DNA of 64,000 nt. It comes from an uncultured virus (IMG/VR IMGVR_UViG_3300009678_000003) (Duplodnaviria > Heunggongvirae > Uroviricota > Caudoviricetes). The stretch lies in IMG/VR virus record IMGVR_UViG_3300009678_000003, one strand, 5' to 3'. Under the pieces are notes generated by a model. It saw only the letters and a program-made list of their open reading frames with translations. It did no database searches and had not been told where the DNA came from. The position numbers and the translations under genes are program-made. Below are positions 16,165-27,266 of this stretch, one piece after another. How positions within the stretch are numbered: position 1 is the first letter of the stretch; the number at the start of each line of letters is the position of its first letter.

Positions 16165-17632
16165 CGGCTCGCTCCGGGACTTCGTGCGGCAGGCGTGGAA
16201 GCTGATTGAACCCGGTCGACGCCTAGTTTGGAACTGGCACGTTGACGCCATCTGCGAGCACCTCGAGGCGGTTAGCAAGGGACAGATCAAGAAACTGATC
16301 ATAAACGTCCCTCGACGCCACCTGAAGTCGCAAACCGTCTCAGTCTTCTGGCCGGCCTGGACCTGGACAACGAAGCCGGAAGCGCGCTGGCTTTTCGGCT
16401 CTCATGCGATGAAGCTATGCGTGAGAGATTCGCGCCACTGTCGCACCATCGTTGAATCGCCGTGGTACAAGCAGCTTTGGGGCGACCGCGTTAAGCTCAC
16501 CTCCGATCAAAACCAGAAGATGTATTTCGAGAACGACCGCAAGGGCTACCGGCTGTCGTGCTCTGTTGGCGCGTCTCCGATTGGCCAGGGCGCTGATTTT
16601 GTCATTGGCGATGACCCGCACGACCCGGAGCAGGCGCAGAGCGATGTCCAGCGTCAAACCGTCCTCGATTGGTGGGACGGCTTGATGTCCGGCTCGTTCG
16701 TGGATCCTGAGAACACGGCGCATGTGTTGATAATGCAGCGCGTGCACCACCAGGATTTGACCGGACACCTGATAGCACAAGGCGGTTATGAAGTGCTGTC
16801 GCTGCCTACGGAGTTCATTCCAGAGCGGAAGTGTTCGACCTCAATAGGTTTCAGCGATCCGCGGACTGAGCGCGGCGAGCTCCTGTTTCCGAAGCGGTTC
16901 AAGCAGGACTTCATCGACGATCAAAAGATTAGGCTCGGGGCTTACAAGTTTGCGGGCCAGCACCAGCAGAATCCTTCTCCGCAAGAGGGCGGGCTCGCGA
17001 AGCGTCATTGGTGGGGCTTCTGGCATTACCCAGAGAATCCATTGCCAGCGCCGTCGTTTCAGCTTGCCGATGGCACTCTGATTCAATCCCGGTGCGTGCC
17101 GCTTCCAATGGTACCAGTCGAAGGCAACGGCCACAGCAAGCCGCACTTTGACAAAATCATCCAATCCTGGGACATGGCGTTCAAGGATAAGAAGGGCGGC
17201 TCGTTTGTCGTTGGCCAGGTCATCGGTTCCAAGGGCGCCGACCGGTTCCTGATGGATCAGGACCGACGCCAGATGGATTTCTCGGTAACGCTTGAAGCTG
17301 TCCGGGCCCTGACGAAGAAATGGCCGGCGGCGCATGAGAAGCTCGTTGAGGACAAAGCCAACGGGCCGGCCGTCATCTCAGCCCTGCGCCACGAGATAAG
17401 CGGGATTATCGAAGTCGAGCCACAAGGCGGTAAGGAAGCCCGGGCCCAAGCGGTCTTGCCTGGAATCGAATCTGGCAACGTCTATCTGCCTCACCCGGCC
17501 ATCGCGCCGTGGACGATGGACTACATCGAGGAATGGGCAGCGGCGCCACACGGAGATTATTGGGACCAGATTGACGCCACGAGCCAAGCTTTGATTCGGC
17601 TGCAGCAGCTAAAGGTGTTTTTCTTCACATGA
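16055..17632 (+). CDS. terL: terminase large subunit
   Basis: INVPRRHLKS Walker A, IGDDPH Walker B, IMQRVH, QSWDMA, VEDKANG, DQIDATSQ. Confidence 0.95.
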   Translation: MGTTTGLSLPKTTEEIDSWLHSLNKEQLAALDRLLCDGSLRDFVRQAWKLIEPGRRLVWNWHVDAICEHLEAVSKGQIKKLIINVPRRHLKSQTVSVFWPAWTWTTKPEARWLFGSHAMKLCVRDSRHCRTIVESPWYKQLWGDRVKLTSDQNQKMYFENDRKGYRLSCSVGASPIGQGADFVIGDDPHDPEQAQSDVQRQTVLDWWDGLMSGSFVDPENTAHVLIMQRVHHQDLTGHLIAQGGYEVLSLPTEFIPERKCSTSIGFSDPRTERGELLFPKRFKQDFIDDQKIRLGAYKFAGQHQQNPSPQEGGLAKRHWWGFWHYPENPLPAPSFQLADGTLIQSRCVPLPMVPVEGNGHSKPHFDKIIQSWDMAFKDKKGGSFVVGQVIGSKGADRFLMDQDRRQMDFSVTLEAVRALTKKWPAAHEKLVEDKANGPAVISALRHEISGIIEVEPQGGKEARAQAVLPGIESGNVYLPHPAIAPWTMDYIEEWAAAPHGDYWDQIDATSQALIRLQQLKVFFFT

Positions 17633-17799
17633 GGAGCCAGACATGAACGAATTTACGCCGACAATTAAAGAGAATTTACAGTCGCGCCGTGCCGTACTGC
17701 TTGCCGAACTTGACAGAATTGAGGCAGCCCTGAAAATCTTTGAGACTGAACCAAGAACAGCGGATGCACTTGAAACAATCATGAAAGCGATGCGGTGAC

Positions 17800-18033
17800 A
17801 TGACCCTTCACCAGTGGCTTTGGTTCGCCCTCGTCTATCTCTTGGCCGGACAAGTCTTCAGCCTCGTATACATGATGAACTTCCGCAGCGAGAAGCGCAC
17901 GGCATGGCTCGGGCTCATGGGCCTGTTCTTCCCGCTATACCTCGTCATTGATCTGGTTGTGACGCTTGCGGCTGGCCTGGGAGCGCACGCCCCGAAGCTG
18001 CTGGCGCGGTTTGAGAAGGAGACAAAACACTGA
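17800..18033 (+). CDS. small 2-TM membrane protein
   Basis: Two hydrophobic segments. Confidence 0.55.
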   Translation: MTLHQWLWFALVYLLAGQVFSLVYMMNFRSEKRTAWLGLMGLFFPLYLVIDLVVTLAAGLGAHAPKLLARFEKETKH

Positions 18034-18202
18034 TGGGACAAGCGAAAAAACGCGGAGATATTGAGCAGCGACGAAGTCAGGCGATTGAAGCAGGGCGAAA
18101 AAAATCAGAGCCTAAAGAACATCGTGGGCAAGATCCCGCAATCACACTTGCACGAGTCCTGAAGTTTGGCCTTCATCGCGTCGCACCCAATTCCAAATAA
18201 CA

Positions 18203-19642
18203 GTGCTAGAACTCCTCGAAGCCCGCGGCCTGATGTCGTTGGAGCGCATCGGACGCCAAGAGCTTGTTCCACAGCCGGTCCTCGAAGCCGCCCAACGCAA
18301 AACCGTGCCGTGGAACCGCATGATGTGGCCGTCTACTGGCGCGCCCTATCAGCAGCGGAATTTCAAGCGCAACGTCAGAGATCTGAAGACGCTCTCGGAA
18401 TCGGTTCTGCCCTCGCGCGCAATTCGCTTGATCAGGAACGCAGTCTCAAGCCTCGATTACGGCATACAGTTAAAAAAGGTTCTGCGCAAGGATAAGGCAT
18501 TATCCGCTCAGCTCTCGCCGCTGATCGATAAAGTTCTCACGGTTTTCGACAACCCCAACACGACAGACGACGACCTTCAGAGCTTCATTGCTCAGATTGT
18601 GGAAGATGTTCTCGTCTTCGATGCTGGCGCTTGGGAATATGTCGAAAAACCCCGCTTCATTCCCAACAACAACACGCTGAGCCTGGAGGTAATCTCCGGA
18701 TATTCGTTGGCCAGCAACCTGAAATGGGAAGGAGATCCAAAGAAGCCGCGCTGGGCGCAGCTCATGGATGATGGCACTCTCGGCGAGCAGTTCCTGGACA
18801 AAGACATTGAATATCTGTCGATGCGGAAACGGTCTTGGACGCCGTTCGGGCTGTCGCCGCTCGAGACCGTCATCGACATCATGGATGGCTGGCTCTCGAT
18901 CACGAGCTATCAGCGCCGCGTTGCTTCGGAAGCTTATCCGCCGATCCTGCTTTTCTTTGAAGGTCAGCCCGACGAAACGCAGCTGAACCTGATACGTAGC
19001 TGGTGGGAAAACGACATCAAGGGCCGCGCCACTCCTGGCTTTCTGGGCTGGCAAGGTGGAGTAAGCGCCGTTGATCTAAAACCTGGTGGCGACAGCGGCT
19101 TGATGCTGGCCTATCAAGAAATGCTGGTTCGGTCGGTCAGCTTCGCCTTCGATTTGAAGCCGATTGATTTCTCGATTGAGCGCGACGTGAACCGCACGAC
19201 GGCTGAAGTTCAGCGGGTTTCCAGTCTAAGGGACGGGCCGAAAACGATTGCTCGTCTGATTCAAGCCAAGATGAATCAGCGGGTCATGCCGAAGATTGGC
19301 GAGATCCTAGGCGATCCCGATGTACTCAAGCTGGAATTCTTCTGGAAAAACATCGATCCGGCCGACGACAAAGTAGACGCCGACATTCTGGCAAGCCATG
19401 TTGCGCATGACATTCTCTCGATTGATGAGGCCAGGGCAGAACTGGATTTCGAGCCAAGGCTGGATGGCTTGGGCGTTCTGACATTGCCTGCGCTGAAGGA
19501 GCTTTACACCTTGAATCCGACAGCCGGCCTAAAGCGCAGCGGCAAGGGACAAAATCTTGATCTGCTACCCGAGCGGATAGAGCCGGACGAAGACGAGCAA
19601 GAGGCAATGGCAGTGAAGAGGAATGGGAAGTTAACTCAGTGA
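18203..19642 (+). CDS. portal protein
   Basis: Size and position after TerL; FGLSPLE motif. Confidence 0.88.
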   Translation: MLELLEARGLMSLERIGRQELVPQPVLEAAQRKTVPWNRMMWPSTGAPYQQRNFKRNVRDLKTLSESVLPSRAIRLIRNAVSSLDYGIQLKKVLRKDKALSAQLSPLIDKVLTVFDNPNTTDDDLQSFIAQIVEDVLVFDAGAWEYVEKPRFIPNNNTLSLEVISGYSLASNLKWEGDPKKPRWAQLMDDGTLGEQFLDKDIEYLSMRKRSWTPFGLSPLETVIDIMDGWLSITSYQRRVASEAYPPILLFFEGQPDETQLNLIRSWWENDIKGRATPGFLGWQGGVSAVDLKPGGDSGLMLAYQEMLVRSVSFAFDLKPIDFSIERDVNRTTAEVQRVSSLRDGPKTIARLIQAKMNQRVMPKIGEILGDPDVLKLEFFWKNIDPADDKVDADILASHVAHDILSIDEARAELDFEPRLDGLGVLTLPALKELYTLNPTAGLKRSGKGQNLDLLPERIEPDEDEQEAMAVKRNGKLTQ

Positions 19643-19845
19643 TATGGCATGGAATCTCCCGAGAGATCAATGGCCAGCCGAGGATTGTGGCTTTCTAATT
19701 GAGAACTACAAACACATGTGCCACGTCCCAGCGGTGGCGTGGTCCGAGCCGGGCGAGAAAGAGATCCAGCAAGAGGAAGTCTGCCGGTTGTGTTTGGCGA
19801 AGAATGGAATCAATCGGCTATGCCGTCGATGCTGCTTGGTAATCC

Positions 19846-21189
19846 TTGAAAAGAACAAGTGGGATTTGGGTAGCAGGATTTGCTCACATTGTTTGGAGGA
19901 TGAAAATGAGGCAGTCAAACGTAAGAATACATTTCGTTTCGATGCTTCTGCTGTTATCCGTTTTCCTCGGACTAGCTAATTCGGACGAAGTAAATCTATC
20001 TTGGAATGCCAACACTGAGTCAGATCTTGCTGGTTATCGACTGTATCATGGCACGGCTTCAGGAGCCTACGGTTCGCCGACGCAGATTGGACTCCAGACG
20101 ACACACACGGTCACTGGGTTGTCGCCAGCTACGACGTACTTTTTCGCACTCTCAGCATTCGATACATCTGGCAATGAGAGCGGGAAATCGAATGAGGTTG
20201 CTTTCCTTGTCCCTCCAGTACAACCGCCACAGTCTAACGAGCCGCCTATAGCAGCCTATTCATTCAACGAAACGTCTGGGACAGTTGCAGTAGATTCCAG
20301 TTCTAACGGACTTAATGGGACGATCTCAGGGGCAACATTCGTAGCGGGTAAACATGGAAACGCCCTGCAATTCAACGGTTCAGCTTTCGTTACAGTTCCG
20401 GCAGCAGCAGCCTTCAACTTGACCAACAACTTTACCGCTTCCATGTGGGTAAAGCCTACAGCCAGTAACACGACAAAGGGTCTGTTGGCTCATAACGATG
20501 GAGGAGATAATGGATTTACAATTGGCTTTGATGGCACTGGAGCCGTCAGATTTCCACAATATAACGTGGGGGCATCAACTAACAGTAGCAATAGTATGCC
20601 GCTGAATGAGTGGGCCCATGTAGCCGCTATTCAGGATTCCGGCATCAGCAAGCTATATGTAAACGGAGTCTTGCAAACGTCTACAAGCCCGCAAGTTGTT
20701 GAGTCTCTTCCTTCAGCTAATCTAGTTATTGGACGCATCTACTCTAGCATCGCTGGATTTGGCTTCACTGGAGTTTTGGACGATGTTCGAATCTATAATC
20801 GAGTCCAGACTGCGGCTGAGATTACGGCTGACATGGCTGCTGACGTAGGCGGGCAGCCGCCTCCACCCGCTCCGACGATTACGTTCTCAGCTAATCCTGC
20901 AAACATACTTTCGAGCCAGCCATCGGTGCTGACATGGAGTTCCACGAACGCAACGAGCGTCAGCATTGCTCCTGGGGTTGGAGTAGTGGCGGTTAGCGGA
21001 ACTCAATCGCTGTCTCCGGTGGCTACGACAACCTACACGGCCACAGCGACAGGGTTGAGCGGAACAGCATCGGCATCAGCCACAGTGACTGTGACGCCCG
21101 CTGCTCCGGTGATCACGATTACAATTCCTGCGGGGCCGTGCGTCAAGGTGAATGGAGTCATTGTTCAAGGCGGACTGAATTGTCCATAA
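19846..21189 (+). CDS. FN3 + LamG domain virion accessory protein (start likely later, near MRQSN)
   Basis: LSWNANTESDLAGYRLY, AYSFNETSGT, LDDVRIYNR; signal-peptide-like N-terminus. Confidence 0.85.
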   Translation: MKRTSGIWVAGFAHIVWRMKMRQSNVRIHFVSMLLLLSVFLGLANSDEVNLSWNANTESDLAGYRLYHGTASGAYGSPTQIGLQTTHTVTGLSPATTYFFALSAFDTSGNESGKSNEVAFLVPPVQPPQSNEPPIAAYSFNETSGTVAVDSSSNGLNGTISGATFVAGKHGNALQFNGSAFVTVPAAAAFNLTNNFTASMWVKPTASNTTKGLLAHNDGGDNGFTIGFDGTGAVRFPQYNVGASTNSSNSMPLNEWAHVAAIQDSGISKLYVNGVLQTSTSPQVVESLPSANLVIGRIYSSIAGFGFTGVLDDVRIYNRVQTAAEITADMAADVGGQPPPPAPTITFSANPANILSSQPSVLTWSSTNATSVSIAPGVGVVAVSGTQSLSPVATTTYTATATGLSGTASASATVTVTPAAPVITITIPAGPCVKVNGVIVQGGLNCP

Positions 21190-21205
21190 CTAAGAAATAC
21201 CATCT

Positions 21206-21694
21206 ATGCCACTAACACCTGCACAACTCGCCACGCTCAAGGCCGATATCCTGGCCGATTCAACGCTCAATGCAAATCCAAATACTCCCGACGGTAATCA
21301 AGCGATTGCCGACGCCTATAATGCCCTAGCCGCTCCGACCTGGACGGTTTGGAAAACCAACGTGTCGATCAATGAAGTAGGGAAGAAATTCAACGGTGCA
21401 GAGCTTGCTGGGCTGACCACTGGAAACCAGACGCGTCTTCAAACCGTAGCAGCGTACCTTGCTGGAGGAGTCAACCCGTCATTACTAGATAACCGGCAAT
21501 TTTTCGACGATATCTTCAGCGGAGCCGGTGGAGTGACCACCCGAGCCAATCTGCTCGCCTTGTGGAAACGCTCGTCACTACGCGCTGAAAAGCTGTACTC
21601 GACTGGCACTGGATCAGTAGCTGCTCCCGCTACGATGACGTTTGAAGGCACTGTGAGCTACATCGAAGTGACGAATGCGAGGAACCTGCCGTGA
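21206..21694 (+). CDS. virion accessory protein
   Basis: LTPAQLATLKADI; position in head-accessory block. Confidence 0.65.
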   Translation: MPLTPAQLATLKADILADSTLNANPNTPDGNQAIADAYNALAAPTWTVWKTNVSINEVGKKFNGAELAGLTTGNQTRLQTVAAYLAGGVNPSLLDNRQFFDDIFSGAGGVTTRANLLALWKRSSLRAEKLYSTGTGSVAAPATMTFEGTVSYIEVTNARNLP

Positions 21695-22431
21695 TGTTCG
21701 TTGACCGTTTGATCGACGCTGCTCTTGCCCGGAGAATTCGCAAGAGTGCCGCGCCGCTGGGTGGATGGCAACCTAAACAGGTTGCGTGCTGGGATTGCGG
21801 TCTGACTCACCGGCTGCCTCCAGATGTGCGGCAAGCTCTCGCCTCGGCTGAAGGGTTCTTCGCTCGCCACGAAGGTCATCAGGTCAACTGGTTTGAGAGT
21901 CCCGCACTGGCTGGACTGTGGACACCGAATGCAGATGTCAAGGAAGCCTATGGATCCAGCTTCGCCTACACGATTGATTTAACCAGCTTGGCGAGTTCGA
22001 CAACCTTGGTTGCAGGCCGCGAGAGCACCGCCATCAGTAACACAAGCGACCTTTACTCGGAATATCTGGTCGGTGGGCGCATCACCTGCGGAACCACGCC
22101 GACTGTAGATAAGGCAATCGAGGTCTGGCTTTACGGAAGCGTGAACGACACGCCAACCTATACCGACGTTTTTGACGGAACCGATAGTGCAGAAACAGTA
22201 ACGAGCGTCAACGTAAAGAAGTCTTCGCTTCGCCTGCTTGATAGGATGTTCGTCGATGCAACAGCCAGCTTGGTTTGTTGGTTCGGACCTGTTGGAATTG
22301 CTCAAGCCTTTGGGGGACGTGTGCCAAAGAATCATGGGCTCTTTGTCACACACGACACGGTGGCGGCTTTGCACGCAACTGGTGGAAACCACGTCATCAA
22401 TGGAACGGGCGTCTTCAATACCGTCATCTAA
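21691..22431 (+). CDS. virion accessory protein
   Basis: Beta-rich C-terminal half. Confidence 0.6.
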   Translation: MMFVDRLIDAALARRIRKSAAPLGGWQPKQVACWDCGLTHRLPPDVRQALASAEGFFARHEGHQVNWFESPALAGLWTPNADVKEAYGSSFAYTIDLTSLASSTTLVAGRESTAISNTSDLYSEYLVGGRITCGTTPTVDKAIEVWLYGSVNDTPTYTDVFDGTDSAETVTSVNVKKSSLRLLDRMFVDATASLVCWFGPVGIAQAFGGRVPKNHGLFVTHDTVAALHATGGNHVINGTGVFNTVI

Positions 22432-23220
22432 ATGATTTATAAGCCCGCGCAAGGCCTCATCTCTGCGGGTGGTTTCCGTAACCATCCACGATACCGTGGC
22501 TGTATCGGTCATTGGCTGATGAATGAAGGGAGCGGGCTGAAAGCGTATGACGTAAGTGGTTTTAGAAAGGATGGAACATTTTCGAATGGTCCCACTTGGG
22601 CTAGTGGACAATATGGCCACGTAATTAGATTTGACGGTAGTGATGATTTTGTTAGTTGTGGGAATTATGCAGATATCAACGCCCTGACGGACAATTTTTC
22701 AGTGTGTTTCAGCATTCTGCCAACTGCAACTGCGCAAACTACCAAAGGGATCATTACTCATTTATCCGGTAGTGATACAGGTTGGGTGATAGCTTTTGGC
22801 AGCGTCGGGCAATTGAGGTTTCCGTTCTATAGCGAAGGAGCTTCTGGAGATATTACACTAATCAATGGCACCTGGTATCGAGTTGTTGCACAGCAGGTAG
22901 CGGGGGTTAATATTTTATGGGTCAATGGAACTGTAGAGACATCGACAGGCTCTCGTGCCATACCTTCTGTGTCTGAGCCTTTGTTATTTGGACGAATCTA
23001 CTCCAGTTTTACCGGGTTTAATGCTTCGATGCTGTTGGATGATGTTAGGATCTATAACCGCGTGTTAACACCTGCTGAAATTGCATCAGATTACAATAAT
23101 CCATTCTTAGAGTTCCGTCAGTCGAGCAGGCGAGTGTTTGCTGCTCTTGCACCGGCAGCTGGTTATTTACCAAGATCTGTGATTGTAAGTCAGGCCGTGC
23201 AGCGCGCGGCGAATTGGTGA
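22432..23220 (+). CDS. LamG (concanavalin A-like) domain protein
   Basis: WLMNEGSG, FDGSDDFV, LDDVRIYNRVLT. Confidence 0.85.
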   Translation: MIYKPAQGLISAGGFRNHPRYRGCIGHWLMNEGSGLKAYDVSGFRKDGTFSNGPTWASGQYGHVIRFDGSDDFVSCGNYADINALTDNFSVCFSILPTATAQTTKGIITHLSGSDTGWVIAFGSVGQLRFPFYSEGASGDITLINGTWYRVVAQQVAGVNILWVNGTVETSTGSRAIPSVSEPLLFGRIYSSFTGFNASMLLDDVRIYNRVLTPAEIASDYNNPFLEFRQSSRRVFAALAPAAGYLPRSVIVSQAVQRAANW

Positions 23221-23233
23221 GGAGAAAAGTCCA

Positions 23234-23428
23234 ATGATGATCACGACCATTCACGGTGAGATGGAAGAATCTCTGCTAGAAAAGAAGGAAGGTTTCGTGG
23301 ACGACGACAACGAATATACAACCTGGGTTGAGTATTGGCTGCAAGATGAACTTGTCCATCGCAGTGTTCATGTCAGATTAAAAAAAGCTGTGAGCGCATT
23401 TGGCGAAGCGGCATCGATAGGAGGATAA
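23234..23428 (+). CDS. conserved small phage protein
   Basis: TTWVEYWLQDELVHRSVHV. Confidence 0.65.
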   Translation: MMITTIHGEMEESLLEKKEGFVDDDNEYTTWVEYWLQDELVHRSVHVRLKKAVSAFGEAASIGG

Positions 23429-23429
23429 A

Positions 23430-23894
23430 GTGGCAAACTCTCAGGGCATGGCAACAAGTTTTAAGGTTCAACTGCTTAACGGCATTCATGCGCTCGGAAC
23501 GTCTGTGGTGCGGGCAGGGACAACCCCGGATAGTTTCAAGGCCGCGCTCTATCTCGCGTCAGCATCCCGTGGGCCAGGCGATACGGTTTACAATTCGACG
23601 GGTGAGGTCAGCGGCACAAACTATGTCGCTGGCGGAGTCGATCTTACCGGCGCTCCGGACTGGATTGCGCCATCGAGCACGGGCACAACGGCTTTTTCGA
23701 CTCCGACGGCGAATATTGTTTTCACGACCGTCACGCTGTCAACTGCCTTCGATGCCGTCTTGATTTACAACTCGACGCAGGGAGACAAAGCGGTGAGTGT
23801 GCATACTTTTGGGAGTCAGACTGTGACGGCAGGCACTTTTACGCTCACGATGCCGACGAATGATGCTTCGACGGGCCTGATCAGAATCGCGTAA
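23430..23894 (+). CDS. virion structural protein
   Basis: TSFKVQLLNGIH..FKAALY..TAGTFTLTMP. Confidence 0.7.
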   Translation: MANSQGMATSFKVQLLNGIHALGTSVVRAGTTPDSFKAALYLASASRGPGDTVYNSTGEVSGTNYVAGGVDLTGAPDWIAPSSTGTTAFSTPTANIVFTTVTLSTAFDAVLIYNSTQGDKAVSVHTFGSQTVTAGTFTLTMPTNDASTGLIRIA

Positions 23895-23904
23895 GGACAA
23901 CTCC

Positions 23905-24405
23905 ATGCTCTATAAAATTTTCAATGGGCCGGCTCCAACAACGGCGGCGCAAGCCGTGGTCACGACCGGGACGGCGATCAAGACGCTGCTTCAGGTGAAG
24001 GGCGTCACGGCATTTAAGTTCAAGGTAACAGAGTGGGGAATTTCCTTTGATGGCGCTGCTGCAGCGGCTGGAATCAAGTGTGAACTGCTAGAGACCGGCA
24101 CTATATTTGGAACTGTCACGGCTCATGTCGCGGCTGGGATCGTTCCTTTTGACGATCCAGCAAATCCGACAGGGACAACGTTCTTCGAAGTAGGCACTGC
24201 TGCCACGGGCTACACCTGCACGTCAGAGGGAACTATTGTTGCTTCGCGGGTTTTCGACGCCCAACTGGTTCAACCGACCAATCAGTACGTCATGCAGTTC
24301 CCGTTAGGCCGTGAGCCGATGGTTACGGCTGTCAGTGCTTTGCGCATTCGCACCACAGCGGCAGCGGCGGTCAATGCCTACTGTTACGTTATTGTCGGCT
24401 TCTGA
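23905..24405 (+). CDS. virion structural protein
   Basis: Thr/Ala-rich beta protein. Confidence 0.65.
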   Translation: MLYKIFNGPAPTTAAQAVVTTGTAIKTLLQVKGVTAFKFKVTEWGISFDGAAAAAGIKCELLETGTIFGTVTAHVAAGIVPFDDPANPTGTTFFEVGTAATGYTCTSEGTIVASRVFDAQLVQPTNQYVMQFPLGREPMVTAVSALRIRTTAAAAVNAYCYVIVGF

Positions 24406-24414
24406 GGTTAAGCC

Positions 24415-25926
24415 GTGGCGCGCCTCGGACGGTCTCATCCATCTCACCCGATCATCAAGCGGGCCGTTCCTGCATCTCCTGATGTCACGGTAGCTCTCAC
24501 AGGAGTATCGGCGACCGTCTCTGTCGGAACTTTGGGAGTCGCGTTATCCCTGGCGCTCTCCGGGCTCTTGGGAACTGGTTCAGCCGGAACCTTAACGCCG
24601 TCGCATTCTGTTCCGGTTAGCGGCGTCAGTTCCACCGTTTCAGTAGGAACGCTTTCCCCGTCTCACTCAATACCAATAACCGGTGTGGCAAGCACCGGGG
24701 CAGTTGATACGCTGGGAGTCACGAAGAGCGGAAGTCTTGCTCTGACCGGTATAGAGGCGACTACTTCCGTCGGTAGCCTCACTCCTTCCAGTGAAGTTCC
24801 AGTTTCAGGAAACAGCGCCACCGGAGAACTTGGGACTCTTGACTATACCAAGAGCGGCTCCTTAGCTCTCACCGGAGCATCGTCAACCGGTTCTGTCGGC
24901 AGTCTCACGCCTTCGAACACCGTCTCGGTTTCAGGCAATAGCGCGACCGGGTCGGTTGGGACTGTAGGCGTCGCAGAGAGTGGCGAAGTTGCTCCCACAG
25001 GCGTTGAGGCGACGGGCTCAGTTGGGTCGCTGGTCCCGTCCGTTAGCGTTCCAATCTCGGGCAATGCTGCGACGGGCGCGGTTGGAACCGTCGGGGTTGC
25101 CGAGAGTGGGAATGTTGCTCCGACCGGAGTAGAGGGCACAGGCGAAGCCGGATCAGTTCTTGCGTCAGTCAGCATTCCCATCTCTGGGGTTGCAGCCACC
25201 TCTGACGTTGGGACGCTTCAGCCGTCTTCTGAGGTTCCCTTAGCCGGTATCGGTGCAACTGGCAGCGTCGGAACCGTCCTAACCGGCAACGATACTGTTG
25301 CGGCCATCACTGGAGTTGAGGCCACAGCAGCATCAGGCGACCTCACACCCTCGGTTTCAGTAGCGCTGACGGGAGTCGAAGGCGCTGCTTCTGTCGGAAC
25401 CGTCGCCCCGAGCTCCTCCGTAGCACTGTCCGGGCAAGAAGCAACCGCCGGCGTCGGGACGCTCAGCCCGAGCACGACTGTTGCATTAACCGGCAACCTG
25501 GCAACCGGTTCGGTCGGGACCGTCAGCACTGCTGGCGATGAAATAGAGGCAGTCACCGGCAATTCAGCTACCGGCACGGCGGGAAACGTCGCGCCATCGA
25601 CTGCCGTAGGGCTCACCGGCACGGCTGGCTCTACGGCAACCGGCTCTCCTGCAGTCGTTCTTTCCGTTGCCCTGAGCGGCGTTAGTGCCGCCAGCGCAGC
25701 GGGCTCAGTTGCTCCTGCTGGCGACAATACGGTTGAGCTCACGGGCGTATCCGCTACGGGCTCGGTCGGGACAGTCACGGCGAGTGGCGGGTTTGTTTCT
25801 CCCACTAACCCATGTCGTATCGTAGTCGTTGCATCAGCATCACGGCGCGTCATAGTCGCAAGCTCAGATCGCCGCATTGATGCTCCTTCTAGAAACCGAA
25901 CTGTTGTTGTGCCTGAGTGCCCTTGA
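24415..25926 (+). CDS. repetitive fibre-like protein (~20-22 aa repeat, ALTGVxATGSVGTL)
   Basis: About 20 visible repeats. Confidence 0.75.
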   Translation: MARLGRSHPSHPIIKRAVPASPDVTVALTGVSATVSVGTLGVALSLALSGLLGTGSAGTLTPSHSVPVSGVSSTVSVGTLSPSHSIPITGVASTGAVDTLGVTKSGSLALTGIEATTSVGSLTPSSEVPVSGNSATGELGTLDYTKSGSLALTGASSTGSVGSLTPSNTVSVSGNSATGSVGTVGVAESGEVAPTGVEATGSVGSLVPSVSVPISGNAATGAVGTVGVAESGNVAPTGVEGTGEAGSVLASVSIPISGVAATSDVGTLQPSSEVPLAGIGATGSVGTVLTGNDTVAAITGVEATAASGDLTPSVSVALTGVEGAASVGTVAPSSSVALSGQEATAGVGTLSPSTTVALTGNLATGSVGTVSTAGDEIEAVTGNSATGTAGNVAPSTAVGLTGTAGSTATGSPAVVLSVALSGVSAASAAGSVAPAGDNTVELTGVSATGSVGTVTASGGFVSPTNPCRIVVVASASRRVIVASSDRRIDAPSRNRTVVVPECP

Positions 25927-25932
25927 GGATGT

Positions 25933-26217
25933 ATGGCTTTTCCAAGCTTCACCCAAGATCCGAATGCACGCCTTGATTATGAGGTCGACTGGTCAGAGTG
26001 GCTGCCGGATGGAGATACCCTGCTCACATCGACTTGGACTCCTGGGGATCCAGCGATAGTGTGTGATGGCGGCACGACTGACGCTACTTCTGCAAGGATT
26101 TTTGTCTCCTTTAACAACCCAACTATCGGCCAAAGATACATAGCAACGAATCATATTGAGACGGTGCAGGGTCGCGTTAACGATCAGACTATCAGGATTA
26201 AAGTCAAGTCCCTGTGA
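25933..26217 (+). CDS. fibre-adaptor-like small protein
   Basis: QDPNARLDYEVDWSEWL motif. Confidence 0.65.
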   Translation: MAFPSFTQDPNARLDYEVDWSEWLPDGDTLLTSTWTPGDPAIVCDGGTTDATSARIFVSFNNPTIGQRYIATNHIETVQGRVNDQTIRIKVKSL

Positions 26218-27068
26218 ACATCCTTACCGCCTCCCAGCTCCGTCGCAAACGCAGGGACCGAGCTTGGCAGCAATGGATTGAGCGATCGGAGCGGCACAAG
26301 CGGCGCCTTGAATTCGCGTTGCGGAAATACTTTGTTGTCGAGCGCGCCCGTGTACTGCGAATTCTTAGCCGGATTGGGCTTCAGGCGGCTGAGGCCGAGC
26401 CACTTCCAGAGGTTCAGCTTGCCGAGCTTCGGCGAAGGCTTGAGCAGGAACTTGAGGAGAATAACGAAGACTGGGAAGACAGCCTGCTGATCCTGCTCCT
26501 GATCGTCGCCGCGCAGTTCACGAACATCACGACGTTCGATCTAGACTTCGACCTTGAAGACTTCGAAGAGACCACGGACAGGAACAGCCCGACGCCTATC
26601 CCGGTGCAAACTGAGACCTGGACGCGGCAATTTATCGAAGCCGCGCTGGTCCTGATTGCTGCCACGACGCTGAAGCGCATCATCGGGATCATTGCCGACG
26701 CGCAGCAGAAGAAGAAATCAGTTCCCGCCACGATTACCAGCATCAACGAAGCTTATGAGCGGTTCATCAGGAACCGGACGCCGGGGATAGCCTCTGACCT
26801 CGTTGGCAAGGTTGCCTCAATGGCGCAGCAGATAGCGATCCTGCAGCTTCCTGTGCCGATTGAAGACATCCGGCAGACGTGGGTATCGATGCGGGATGAG
26901 AAGGTGAGGGACAGCCATCAGGATCTTGACGGCGAGACGCGGAAGGTTGGCGAGGAGTTTAAGACGGGCCTGAAGTTCCCGAGGGATCCACGGGCGCCGA
27001 TTGCAGAATCTATAAACTGCAGATGTTGGCTGATAATCGAACAGGTCAAGAAGCGCAAGGCGGCATGA
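26214..27068 (+). CDS. MuF-like head morphogenesis protein
   Basis: WVSMRDEKVRDSH..LDGE...FPRDP...ESINCRC. Confidence 0.88.
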   Translation: MNILTASQLRRKRRDRAWQQWIERSERHKRRLEFALRKYFVVERARVLRILSRIGLQAAEAEPLPEVQLAELRRRLEQELEENNEDWEDSLLILLLIVAAQFTNITTFDLDFDLEDFEETTDRNSPTPIPVQTETWTRQFIEAALVLIAATTLKRIIGIIADAQQKKKSVPATITSINEAYERFIRNRTPGIASDLVGKVASMAQQIAILQLPVPIEDIRQTWVSMRDEKVRDSHQDLDGETRKVGEEFKTGLKFPRDPRAPIAESINCRCWLIIEQVKKRKAA

Positions 27069-27266
27069 GATGCGCTATGTCTGCGAGTTCGATTATAACG
27101 ACCGCTCCCTGCTCAGGGACGTTGTGACAGACGAGACATTTGATCTTGCGCTTTTGGAAACGGAACTGGACATCGGCTTAGATGGCGGCGAGCTCATGCG
27201 TTGCTATCCTTTATCCATCGTTGAACCTACACCGATGACTGGATTCGTGAGGAGGAATGACCGGAG